DNA from: Octopus sinensis
Lineage: Eukaryota
Assembly: GCF_006345805.1 (NCBI RefSeq)
Contig: NC_043003.1
Location: 25,544,001 to 25,608,000, forward strand
Length of the DNA stretch: 64,000 nt
Direction: 5' to 3'
Position numbers and translations under genes: made by a program. Shown here in pieces: positions 1-12,341 of the stretch (its first letter is position 1; each line of letters begins with the position of its first letter). Below the pieces are notes generated by a model, which ran no database searches, had not been told where the DNA came from, and was given only the letters and a program-made list of their open reading frames with translations.

Positions 1-7
1 CTGATAG

Positions 8-380
8 GTACAGGTGTGACTATGTGGTTGAGAAACCTGTTTCCTAACTACGTGGTCTTAGCTTCAATCCCAGTATAGCCCTGGGTCAATCAAAGCCTTG
101 TGAGTGAATTTGATAGATGGAAACTGAAAGAAGCTTGTTGTGTCTGTTTGTGCTTGTCACATCTTGTGACAATTGAAAATGAGCAACTCCAATATACAGG
201 TAATGTTATTTGCTTCTAATTTTTCATGGAAAACATGTCTAAGCATGGGAAACATTATCTTGCTTGGAAATAGGTGAAGGCTGGCAACAGAAAGAGCATC
301 CAGGGTAGAAAATCTACCTTGACAAATCCCACCTAACCAGTGCAATCATGGAAAAGTGAACATTAAATAATGGTGGTTAT
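8..380 (+). mobile_element. Decayed tRNA/CORE-type SINE, family B (RTE-like 3' tail)
   Basis: Degenerate head, then caaagccttgtgagtg...gatggaaactgaaagaagc core shared with other copies, then tail aaagagcatccagggtagaaaatc...catggaaaagtgaacattaaa matching the RTE 3' end at 61750-61893. Confidence 0.6.
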
Positions 381-1794
381 GGCTGCAACACCTTTGATTA
401 GGTCACCAAGCAACACAATGGACGCTATTTCAACATATCCATTATTTCAATACCAAGTAACAAATCATTAAAAGAAAACACAATTTATTTCATTAAAAGA
501 AATTGTGTTTTCTTTAATATCAAATAAAATGCCTGGCAGAGAAAAATACCAAAATAAGGAGTATCTGGAATCCAGAATCTATCCAGCCTAGTTTACACTC
601 CATCAGAGACAGCTGTAGAAAAAACACCCAAGCCTTTTATAAGCTGTTCAATATTTAGTGAATTATCACCTTCTTGACACCAACCCAACAGAAGTTGTCT
701 CTTATTTATACAAAGCCTGTTTTGTAGTAGTCATACTTGATTTAAAACCTTCCAACACCATTTTAACAAGAACCTTTGTAAGTTAATAAACCCTCCAAAT
801 TCTTATTTCCAAAACAAATGAAAACATGAAAAGCAGGATGATCCTAAGTGGAACATTGTTGATCATAGGTCTGTTTAATCACAGCTGACTCTAGGACTTG
901 ACAAAAGATTACCTAAAAAATTTAATCAGGAAAAAAATAAATAATAAATAAAGCCATGAAACCAAACTTGGAACAACAAAAATATAGTAAAAGTAAAATG
1001 AAACTGAAGCATACCTTGAACTTTCGTCACAGTTTCTAAAAATAGATAGAAAAAGAGATTTTGTAAAATACAAACAAAATAAAGCAATAGTTTAATTTAT
1101 ATGTAAACAATGAAGCTAAAATCAACATTAAATTCTAGCTCCATATTTGTTGCTATATAGTTTTCATGACCATAATGTACATGGACATCAAGTTTAAAGC
1201 TCAATGGTCATGGTTTTTACTTGCTCCTACCTGTTGACATAATTGAAACATTTTGAAGTGAAATGGTTGGCATCAAGAAAGGGCACATACAGATAATGAA
1301 AACACTGGTGACTACTATCATACAGGAGATTATACTTTGAGAGTCTTTTCAGAAACTAGATGGCTGAACTTTAAAACCTTGTTAGAAGCATTGTTATATT
1401 TCTAGGCATACAACTACTTGTCTTAAAGAAAAATATCACTTTATACATCAAAGTTGAGACTTATGTGTAAATCATACTAAAACCAACAAGCGCTTGTGAA
1501 ATTAAATAGTTACAAGCATATAGAAAAGTATTTCAACTTCCTGTAAAATGCAAAACTATATTGCATTATTTCAAATTCACTAATGAGGAGGTACAACTAC
1601 TATATTTAACTTATGGAAAGTTCTAAGTGGCCCTTTATACCAAAAACCAGGTTAACAGGATCCGATCAAGTCACTCCTACTGCATTGTTCAAATGTTTTA
1701 AGTGCTACTGAAAAAGAATGTTGTCATACACAAACCCCTAATACAAACAACTTGCAAATGACAACTAACTTTTTTAGAGAAAGCTTTTATTCAG

Positions 1795-1945
1795 TGACCT
1801 GATCCAGTAGGAATAGCTAAATCTCATTCAAACAACACCCTATTTTAGAGAGGACATTCGATAAAATAGTCCCTATAGACATGACAGTCACAACTGGAAT
1901 CACTTTCATCACAGTCCCGTTTATCAAGATTGACCTGGAGATAAA
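1795..1945 (+). repeat. Unclassified dispersed repeat (gctagaaatagcagccaa...gacctgg family), decayed
   Basis: Similar to reverse-oriented pieces at about 4655-4742, 8000-8060, 8362-8412, 9745-9962 and to 41150-41205 and 41430-41500; similarity judged by eye. Confidence 0.3.
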
Positions 1946-2289
1946 GAAAAACAAAATTTAAATAACAAACAAGACACAAGAAGTGATGCTGAGGCTCCTG
2001 TTTGCCAAGTGTACCAAATACCAAGAGCTTACATATTGCACTTAATTCCCACTACTCAAAATCCAATGCCTAATTATTTAGTTTAATGCTTCATTCATTA
2101 AATGTAAATCAGTACCATTAACCATTATACGAGGTATAGTGTTAATCCTGATGGGAGTGGTACCTATAATCAGTTGAATCAACTTCATGTTAATGCTACC
2201 TATTTCAAAGATACCAGTGAGAAATCAATCTTACACAAACTGACTGAAATATCCGACTAGACACCATAGAGTATCTGATTCCAGCTGAT

Positions 2290-2730
2290 TCATCTACTCT
2301 TTTACTTATTTCAGATATTGGACTGCAGCCTTGCTGAGTTACGCCATTCAAAAATCCAGTCAAAATAGACGCAACTCTTATCTTAAGTCTACAGGTTTCT
2401 TTTTACTGAACTACTAAATTATGCAATTGTAAAATAAAAACAAAAGCTATCACGGATTGTCAAGCAGAGTGTGCGGAGACAAACCTAAATACACATATAT
2501 TGTTGGTGTTAAGAAAGTCAGCCAGTAGTAGAAATCATGCCAAAGTAGACAGAAACACAAGTCTTCTGACCTGACAGACCATTCAACGTATGCTAGTATG
2601 ACAGCCAGATGTTACAAAATGATAATGATACATACACACTCACACAAATTCACTAGGCCCAAAGGTCTAGTAGGAGACACCTGAGCAAAGTTTCAAACAG
2701 TGGGACTGAACCCAAAACCACATGGTTTAA
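2290..2730 (-). mobile_element. Highly decayed CORE-type SINE, family A, with an RTE-tail fragment inside (about 2500-2625)
   Basis: tactcttttacttatttcag tail and gggactgaacccaaaaccacatgg head match the reverse complement of intact copies such as 56783-57212. Confidence 0.45.
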
Positions 2731-4654
2731 ACGTCTAACGACTCCATAATTCTCGGACCATAAAACCTCAACATTTCAATACACAAACAACAAAACATTT
2801 TAAACTGAGGCAGCGAGGGAAGTAATTCCCTACGTGTTCATTTCAGAAAAAGTGGTTATCTTCCCTTTGCTAGATGTCCTTTATGACGCCAATTTGTAAA
2901 ATACCAAAGAACAGTGTATTACTTTGAACGAGGTAGATCAATATTTTTACGTTTCCATACCCAGAAACTACCATGAATTAATTGAACACTAAAAATTTAT
3001 GCCTTCGTTAATCAAAGAAGTTTTTCTTTTAACAACTGCCACCAATATTTCTGGCTGATCAATTTAGCTTCAATGACAAGGACTGTATTGGTTGGTTGAT
3101 GCCAAGGCTATAATCAATTGGTGAGGGCAGTGGCAAAGCCCTATTTCAACACCAGAGTAAGACTAACCCTTTCTACTCAAAGTAAAACTGACAGGGAAGT
3201 CAGCATTTTCATCAATTTAACGTCTACATTTCCATACTTGCGAGGGTCACATTGGGATTCATTCAAGAAGATTTTTCATGGCTGAATGCACTTCTTGTTG
3301 CCAACCCTCACCAGTTTAAAAGCAAAACAATGTTTGCTCCAAATCTGGATATGGGATTGCAAGCACAGCATGAGGTCAGGCGAGACAGAAACATCCACCA
3401 CACACAGGCTTCTTTTTAGTTTCCGCTAGGTAAATTTACTCACAAGGTTTTGATCAGTGTAGGGCTAGAGTAGGGGACACTTGTACAAGGTACTGCACTT
3501 TGGGACAGTTGTGAAGCTAACTTCTTAAACAAGCAAACATACTGTCTGTACATTTATCGTGTGTCACTCAGAAAAAAATCCTATCAATGAGCCTCAAGAT
3601 ATAACTAAAAACACAAATCCATGTGTGTGTGTGTGTACACACACACACATGTGTATATCATATATATTTAAAATGTATGTATTGGGGGTTACTGGTGTTA
3701 CTAAAAGACCCTGCAAGACTGCAGTCCAATGACTGAAAAAGTAAAATATATAAACAAATATGCATACTACACACATACACAATTATATGTGTGTGAAAAA
3801 TTAATATAAACAGCAGTTTGCAATGTTTCATCAAAAGGGAGATTTATAATTGTCCCCGAGTGTGACTAGGGTGTTAGAAACATCTATATTGTCAGAAATA
3901 AGAGCTAAAATGCTCCGATAATGCAGTCAACGCACATAAATGAAACATAAACTAACAGGGACCTTAATCAACCGAAAAATGCCGATATACACACACATTC
4001 AAATTAAAATATTTTAGCTAATTTTGCCTATTGTTTTTTCTCACTACACATTCGTTGCCCAGAATAAAACAAAGCCGAATAAAATTCAGAGATTCCATTA
4101 CAAACTAGCTATTGTAATTAATGTCAGAGCTATTGGTTAAAGTATAAACAAAAGAACTGGTTATAGAAAGCAGTCCTGACTTATTAATTCACTTGAAATA
4201 AATTTAGTAACAGAACTGTATTAAGTGAGGGAGGGGGTAAATGAAAGGCATCACTAAAGCTACAAAGAAAAAAGAAAAAAGAAACCAAACAAATTACAAG
4301 ACGAAATTTAGGATACTAATAATAATAATAATACTTCAATGCAATTTAAATCTGCTTTCTCTATTTTATAATAGCATTAATAAATTTAGGAGTCTATACT
4401 TAAAATATACCCATATTGTAAGAGTATAAGTGTGTACTAACAACTGAAATGTCACTGCTAGAACATTATCTTTCACCTGCAGATATTTGTGTATGTGCGT
4501 GGGTACGTATGTATTTGTGTGTACACACACCAAACTAAAATAGGAGGTTGAGGAAAATTTTGTAAGTACAATGTACAAGGTCAAATTCGTAAAGGAGAAA
4601 GAAATATTTTTTAAATATATGTTTATAAGTCCTAAGTCAACTCTGATCATGTTC

Positions 4655-4742
4655 CTCCCAGGTTTAAGATGCTGGCGTGAGATGAATTGGCTGCTATTTC
4701 TAATAGGTCGAGCGTCCACGAGAGGACTCTTGTCGACTCGAA
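4655..4742 (-). repeat. Unclassified dispersed repeat fragment
   Basis: gatgaattggctgctatttctaataggtcgagcg...ctcg recurs in variant form at 8007, 8365 and 9905. Confidence 0.4.
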
Positions 4743-5619
4743 TACATATTTTTGACCCAGATGGAATTTGTACTCAGAGTATTGAGAGGATCAAAACTAA
4801 AAACAACCACTGTAAACATACACACACACACACACATATGTGCGTGAGTGTGTGTGTACTTGTCCAACAGGTAAGTAGGTACTGGGGTATCTTTTATCGT
4901 GCTCCAGTTCGTGTAGATCAAACATTTGAAGTACAAGAAAACAGCAGATGTTATCAAATGAAATACATTCACAGCAACAATCCCACACAGACAAGATTAA
5001 ACAGGAAATTTTAGCATCTAGTCAGAGGTAAAGAGCAAACTCAAACGGTAAACAAAATGAGATTTAGAGGAAAGTACTCATTAGTCGAACCTAGACGAAA
5101 TGGTAAATGGTGAAATAGTAAAAATTTACCAACAAGGTAAAAAATGTGAGAGATGGAGACTCTTAGCGTGTCGTGTCCACAACTGGAAAACAAATGTTTT
5201 TACTGGATAAAATTACGTGACATAATCAATAGGTATATTATTATAAATGTTGCGTAAATCCAGTAGCAACATGACGGCGTTTATATTTCATACACACACA
5301 ATATTAAATACATAATTTAATGACAGTTAAAATATTTTTATGTGTGTGTGTGTACACATACATACATACATATTCACTCTCGTATATCTAAAAATCTCCT
5401 TTCATGTTTATTACTAAATTCTTACAAATGTTTCCGTTACCAAAGTGACCTGATTAACCAGTAGAAGTGGGGTGTTCCTGAAGAACTAGCTAAAGAACGG
5501 ATGTGAATAAAATCAGGAGCTATTATTTCTGCTAGCAAGAAAGGGATTTATATATGATGCTTGTGTACGTGATGCAATGCTGCACAGAAGCAAAAAAAAA
5601 AGGGGGGCACTGAATGCAC

Positions 5620-6003
5620 ATGATGTGCGAAGACTGACAAGAAGAGATGCGAGTCTGTTGCACTAGATGAGTAATGGTGTGTATTAACAATGACTAAGGA
5701 AAGAAGAGCTGAGACAAAAACTGTACAAGATCAAAAGTAGCTAACAAGAGAATATTGCGATAATACGGACATGTGATGTGTATGGTGGATGGCTGTTGGG
5801 TATAGAAGCGCTGAGCGATCCTAGTAGAAGGAACCTGCGGAAGAGGAAGACTCAGAAAGGCAGAAACGGTGAATACCGATGTCAAAGAAGCTGAACGGAA
5901 CAAAAGAGATGCCAAAGGACCTGAACGAATGGCGAGACGCTATGTTAGAAAACGACTAGTCTAAACATCATGCAAGCATGGAAAATAACAGACGTAAAAA
6001 TGA
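5620..6003 (+). mobile_element. RTE LINE 3' remnant
   Basis: Translates to ILR*YGHVMCMVDGCWV*KR*AILVEGTCGRGRLRK, homologous to LRWYGHVARMDEDRCVRKCQSLAVEGTRGRGRPR at about 61040-61145; ends catgcaagcatggaaaa...gacgtaaaaatga. Confidence 0.65.
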
Positions 6004-8519
6004 TTTTTGTTTTTGCATGAGAAAGGCGTGTACAGATAACACAGGTACAACAACAATGAACGTGTGAAGCAATTAGAGTTTCCACATCTTATACTTACAT
6101 TACAATACACAAATACACGACAATGAATATAATTTTAGGTCTTGGGCAATTAACAGCCTACCAGTACAAATCACATAACTATTTATACTAATAATACATG
6201 TAGAGTATAGGAGCTTACTAGCACGAATTGCTGCCACTGACTGACTGACATGTTAGAATTTACACAAGCCCGTGTTCGGTTAGTAAAAGCAAGAGGAGGA
6301 CTAGATTACCAACTCCATTTAATCCTGAAAAGCTAGCCATAAGTGATACGATGCCACGATATTAAACAGCTGATTCAGTAATAGCGGATAGAGAAATGTG
6401 TACGGTGGAAATGGGACGCTACTCTTTAAATGAATATTGCACAAGCACACGCAAATGTACGCGCGCGCACACATATATACATCTATATATATATACGTAC
6501 ACACAGACACATCTACGGTTAGGAAGCATATCTAAAATAGTAGCCACTAGGAAATAAGTTTTCACATATCTTTAATACAAAAGGGAGAGAAAAAAAATGT
6601 ATCGACCTTCTCGATTTTCAAGAAGGGTACTGACAACCTATGTGGAAACTGTCCCAAAGGGCCCACGAAACGCATTTTCAACAACTCACGTATAATCCAC
6701 CTCCTTTAACCACCACCATTCCCGGAGAGAGAAAAAAAAATCGGTTAGTCAGCGAGGATGTAAGCAACCCCTGGAGGACAAGGACAAAAATACGACCCTT
6801 GTCTATATTAAGATCGCACATTCAGCTCGATACTTGCGATCCAATCAGAAACAATTAAATAAAAGCTAATTACAATCACTGACTGTTTTATTAATTAAGA
6901 AAGAACTTTTTGAAAATTAGAATGCTGAAACGAATACATAAGACTGGATGATTTTCTATACTCGCGTACTGTGATGCACACACCATATACATACACACAC
7001 ATTATATATATATATATCCGCTGTAGAGAGCTAGTCTCCCTTGTCAGTCATTAAGATGATGCTGTCTGTGGTTATTGAGTTGTTTTGACTCTTATTTCTA
7101 GCAATGCTGGTACTACTTAGTACCCTGTCACTTTAGTGACGCCTATAATTTTATCTAAGCCATCCATACATATATATGCACATACAAAGACTGGGAAAAG
7201 CAGTTAAATGAAGTATTCAATACATCGAGTAATGAAGATGGCGGTGTGTGCGTGTGCGTGCAGTGAATTATTACATCATAAGCAGAACCCTATATAAGTG
7301 ATGAAAGAAGTAAATACAAGAGTGATGTCTCCCCAAATGGCATTACTGTCGTATGTAATCCAACTGGAAATCGAAATCACATCTCGTCTCATGACACCCT
7401 CTGAGACATACATTAACAACCGAACACGTTTACATCCGCAAACAAACGAGTACCACACATGTACTAACGAAACAGCCTTCATGACTCGTTTACTTAGTTT
7501 ACAAATAAGCAACCTAATTTCCTTGAATTTCCACTCTGACGTCTAGAAGAAAGGGACTCGTTTAATGATCCAGTCTCAGATACGAGGTAACGACTGGAAC
7601 ACCCTTTCCCTACAGGTCGACTAAATTAGGACCTAAGATACACAATAATAATACCATATTTGGGTGTTGAGATAAAAAAAAAAGAAAGGTTGAAAATATC
7701 GAAAAAGGTAACTGTTAGAGTTCCGAATGTGAAAGAAAGCATTAAGTGTGCACGTGAGAAGAAGAGAAAAGACAATATCGAGACAAATATGAGAAAAAAA
7801 GATCAATCAGACTTTAATGCGATAAATTTGGTTATCACCCGAGTCTTACAGGAATCCGACCTTGCTTTTCACTCCCTACAAAAGGGGGCTGACAAAGTAG
7901 CTATCAGTTGTTTATAGTCAACACTGATCGAACAGACTTGTGATCTAAGACTTTTTAGTTGTGGTTATACCCAACGTGTATCTCCATTTTTGACACGGTG
8001 GGAGTTTTGGCTGTTATTTCTAGCTGTCAGAACGACCGTGTAGGAAGAGAGGTTTTCCTTTCATTATACTGAAACACTAGAATCTAAGAAAATTAATAAT
8101 AGTTTGCGTCGGCAAATACCAAGCACAAAAGTTCACAAAGTGGAACACCTCACTTTGTCATGAGAAGCCTGTCTCCAACAGGACCCCTTCATCGGACAGA
8201 TGAATGTTTACATTAGGTGGTTGTTGAGGCCCAGGTCAGTAGCGATTGAGCACATTTACATTCATGTCGCGATTACCGCTTTGTATACACCGTGGACAAA
8301 TACTATATTCACCAATGTGTCCTTCTTAAAGACGATAAGAATGTAAATTGTAGAATACTCAGCTGCTATGTCTAGCAGGTCAAGCGACTAGTTGAAGGCT
8401 CCCTCGTGACTCGCCCTGCCTTAGGTTCTTTGAAATATAAACGGGCATCTTCTTACTGCCTCCTCCGTCCTAAATGAAAATGCATGCCTCTTCAAAATGT
8501 TGAGACGGTGTTTAGGACG

Positions 8520-8605
8520 AAATGGAGTACTGTCACGTGACATGACCGCCATATTGCCGACAAGAAATTTTAGAAAAAGATAAATAAAAAAACATGGCCG
8601 CTGCT
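8520..8605. promoter_or_regulatory. Intronic promoter/enhancer-like cassette (E-box/CLEAR plus two divergent YY1-like sites)
   Basis: Perfect GTCACGTGAC at 8532-8541; AATATGGCGG on the minus strand (about 8546-8555); AACATGGCCGC on the plus strand (8591-8601); locally CpG-rich. Confidence 0.45.
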
Positions 8606-9744
8606 TCGTTGAAAAAGGAACGAGATGGGTGGTTTCCTTTCGAATGTTTACTAGGGAAGGAAAATTTGACAGTAAATTCAATGTCAAAATCCTAAGCAGA
8701 GATATTGCTAAAAGATTTAGACCAATAGCGAGATTGAAAATGTTAATCTCGGAACTGAAAGGCTCTATATCACATATATGGACTGATTATTATATAAGAA
8801 ACTCGAGTAGTATTTATATAGATTAATCTAGTGTACGTTTGTGCTGTTCACAAGTTTGCGTTGTCATGGGGGAGAGAAGACAAGACTTGTTCTGGGACTG
8901 TACCGCTTTCCCATCCATCACAGAGAAAAATATCTAACGTTCTGTGATTGTGTCTTAACGAAACCAAGAGTAAAATACTAAATGCATGTATGTAAATGGG
9001 TGCATAGATACGTGGGAATTTTGAAGTTTTAAGAAATACTTTTAATCGATCTATAATCGTGAAAAAAATGCCAAAGGAATAAATGAAATATAATTTATAA
9101 TAAATAAATCTAGTCTTTAGATGGAAAATTTAAATCAGGAAAAATTGTTAAAGCGTTATATTAATGAACGATATCAAAATGCTTCAACAAATATACAGCA
9201 TAAGAATTTATAAATCTAAATAAAATAATTTTGATAACATGATTTGTAGTGAAGAAACGTATTCTCTAACTTAGGTTATATGTATTATATCAATGTCTCA
9301 TGAGCTACTTTCTTAAGGCAAAAAGAAAAATAGTGCTGATTACAAAGTTTCTTAATCAAACAAGGCGATCGGGGAACTAAATCAATCCCTTGAAAGCATT
9401 CTACAATATTAAATCATCCCTTTTTCAATGGTAGAGAGGTTAAAATAATCGATTAAGAACGATGTACCAGTGAAATCAGCATGGCTGAGAGACGAACCTC
9501 CCAAAATGTGAGAACACGTGGTATTCAAAATGGACGTTCAGGAGGCGGAGAACGTGGAGTCATGGAAAGCTACACTAAGAAAAACTAATATCTTAGTGAC
9601 GAAGAACAACAGTAAACACACAACCACCCCACTGAGTACATGCACACGTATATATAATAATTACAAATACAACAGATACACACACATATATAAAGGTATC
9701 GAACACATGTCTAGTAGATTTATTTAGCTACAAGTTACCATACG

Positions 9745-9962
9745 GTTGTCGTTTGGACCCAGGTCAAACTTGACCGAGAGACCTATGATCAAAGACAGTC
9801 TTCCATCCATGACAAACATTTTTTCCCCACAGATACAGTGTGCATATCTACATTCTCAAACGTGTCCCTTTTTTAATAGAGTAGCATATGATTTTAAACA
9901 GATTCGGTTGATATTTCTAGCAGGGCAAGCCAACACGTAGAGACAGGCTCCTTCTTGGCTCG
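9745..9962 (-). repeat. Unclassified dispersed repeat copy
   Basis: ccaggtc...gacctatgatcaaag and gatatttctagcagggcaagc...ctcg blocks shared with 1795-1945 and 4655-4742. Confidence 0.4.
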
Positions 9963-10725
9963 AGTTACCTACCATACGCTAAATAACTTTTGTTGTATGT
10001 ACAATATATATATATATATATGCATGTGTGTGTGTGTCTGTATAATCACACAAACATATGCTCTATATAGGACAGTAGCAACTTATGCTCAATAAATTTT
10101 TAAGGATTAGAAAATGAAACTCAAGATCATTAAACTATGTAGAATAGCATCAGAAAAATCGAACAGGATTTTTCTTCGAATACCATTAATAGATAGCAAT
10201 AGGACTGGATGGTTATAATAACCTCAGAGCAAGAAAAAAAATCTAAAGTTCAAAGATCAAGTATGTCTAAATCTGAAACGTAAAATCAAAAAATAAAACC
10301 ACGTTTAAAAAACAAAACGTTATATTCTTTACATTCGTACAGCATACATAATGCTGTGTGTGTATGTATGTATATATATCTATCGGTGAGTGTGTGTACA
10401 TACACACACAATGTCGTAATTCCACGAATCGAGAGCTATTAATAGACAAAATATGAATACAAAACCAACGTAATTAAGTGGATCAAAGCAACTTTAATTA
10501 TAAATTGCTAATAAATGTAATTTAAATACATATAAAACAAAGTACACTATCGCAAGTGCGTGGGTACATGGAGATACGAGGTACAAGATACAAGTGAAAC
10601 ATATGGACACATGTGGTCGACATGACCACATCTAGTCAAATTTATACCCTCCTCTTCGTGCAAGGATGCCACCCAACACCAAACCAGATTTAAAAAAAAA
10701 AATACGATTATTGATTTACACTTAC

Positions 10726-11170
10726 CGATCGGTGTAGGATTAGCTTGTTTGCTGTTTCCAGTTTTACCCTTATTCCATGGATTGTGCTTCGGCAGGGGAG
10801 CTTCGACATACGTTTTGTTGTCGAATTTCTTCACTTCGACACGTGTTTGCGTGTTTGATCCTTTACTGGAATCTGACTTGGAGTTCCTCTTCCCATCGTC
10901 AGCTGTCGAGGTATTATTATTATTATTATGACTACTATTAGTAGCAGAGTGTCCGTTGGGGCCGGAAGAGGCTACTGCGGTTGGAGAGGACATAGTTGTG
11001 GGATGGGTATTGGCACTAGCCGTGGGACTGGCGTTGGTTTCGCTCTTTGACTTTCTCTGGTTCTCGGCGACTGATTTATTTCGATGAGTGCTGCTGCAGT
11101 CCGGAGAGGAGACGAGGTGTGTTGTTGACGATGAGGTGCCCGTCGACTGTGATGAGACCTTTGTCGCCAT
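10726..11170 (-). CDS. LARP1: First coding exon of probable La-related protein 1 (N-terminal low-complexity region)
   Basis: ATG in good Kozak context (aatATGG) at 11170; 148 codons of S/T/N/K-rich sequence containing YVEAPLPKHNPWNK, matching the conserved LARP1 N-terminal motif (human FVEAPPPKVNPWTK, from memory); ends at canonical donor ATCG|GTAAGT (intron starts 10725, phase 1). The La and DM15 domains are not in the window. Confidence 0.72.
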
Positions 11171-12043
11171 ATTGAACGGTTTCTCGAGAAAAGACTGATC
11201 AAAGCAAGATATGTCTTTTGTGTCTCCCCGAACGTGCTTCAGGTTAACTAAAAGTCCTTGTCAGACTGGTGGTAGTTAAAGCACATAGAAAATACCATAC
11301 ATAGATGATGGTGGAAGTTTTATTTTGCTCTTAGATCTAGTAATGACGACAATTATAGTGGTTATAATGATTATTATTATTATTATATAAACAATATAAA
11401 AAGCGCTTTTTAACTTCAGCAAGAATTGCAAAAAGGAAACAAAGTTTAATAAAAAGAAATTAATACGATTTCAAATGTATCTTATTTAGGTTCATACACA
11501 CCAAAATTTTAAAAACATTTGAATAATCGTGAGGAATAAATCTTGCTTAAGCAGCAACAAAATTTGTGATTCAAAGCTTGTATCTTTTTCTTTTCTCTTT
11601 CTTTGCAAAATTAAGAAGAGATTAAAACGAAAAATAATCAGAATATTAATAACAATAATAATAGTAATCCTGGTTTTGAGGAATTTCCAATTAATAAACG
11701 GAATTAGCTACTTTTGGAGGGGGGTTATATATGCAGAGCTTTTTTTTTTTGGTTTGATTTTAAAATAGCATTCCGTGTTTTATCCTTCACCAACGTATTT
11801 TTTTAAAAATTGTCCTTTTTTTTGTACTATATAGATGTACTTTATGTAATGTATATAATATACACACACACAAACGAGTACTAATGCTTTATATGTATAT
11901 ATAGTTTTCTATAGCTAAATATATGCGCTGTATGTATGTATATGAGTGTGTAATTAAGTATATATACACACACAAATGTCTCTTATAGTAGAGTTTTTTT
12001 CATCAAAATATTTAAAAGGGATCCTCTTTTTTTTTTTCCTTAC

Positions 12044-12341
12044 TTGTTATCGTTTTTCTCTCCTGAAATAACTGAGGCAGACAGACAGAAAAAAAAATGT
12101 CTTTTTTTTTCTCTTCTTCAAATTTTTCCCCCAAAGATGTGTCTTGTGGGAAGACACAAATTGTTGCGGGTAAAGTCCGTTGTATCAATCAGTAAGTAAA
12201 ATCCCAGTAGCGAAAAAAAAAATTTCAGTTTCAAGCTGCACAGCTCACACCCGCTCAGCCCACAAACAGCTTAAATGCCGTCTCTCCTACAAGTGGACTC
12301 CCTGCAAAAGCACATGTCGCCATTACACGAGAGAAGGAGAA
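12044..12341 (-). other. Putative non-coding first exon (5' UTR) of LARP1
   Basis: Lies immediately downstream of the promoter motifs; candidate donor ACAA|GTAAGG at 12043; several possible acceptors between 11265 and 11180. The TSS is not determined. Confidence 0.33.

Noticed and set aside
5694-5915. Minus-strand ORF MASLLFRSASLTSV..., resembling a mitochondrial transit peptide
   Set aside because: It starts at TTG and is the antisense of an RTE 3' remnant.
7298-7546. 82-aa plus-strand ORF preceded by TATATAA, with a box C-like GTGATGA and a later CTGA
   Set aside because: No recognisable protein motif, antisense to the host intron, and no terminal stem for a C/D snoRNA.
10547-10725. C-terminal part of the 207-aa ORF (KCKSIIVFFF...)
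   Set aside because: It lies past a canonical GTAAGT donor where the composition changes abruptly; read-through into the intron.
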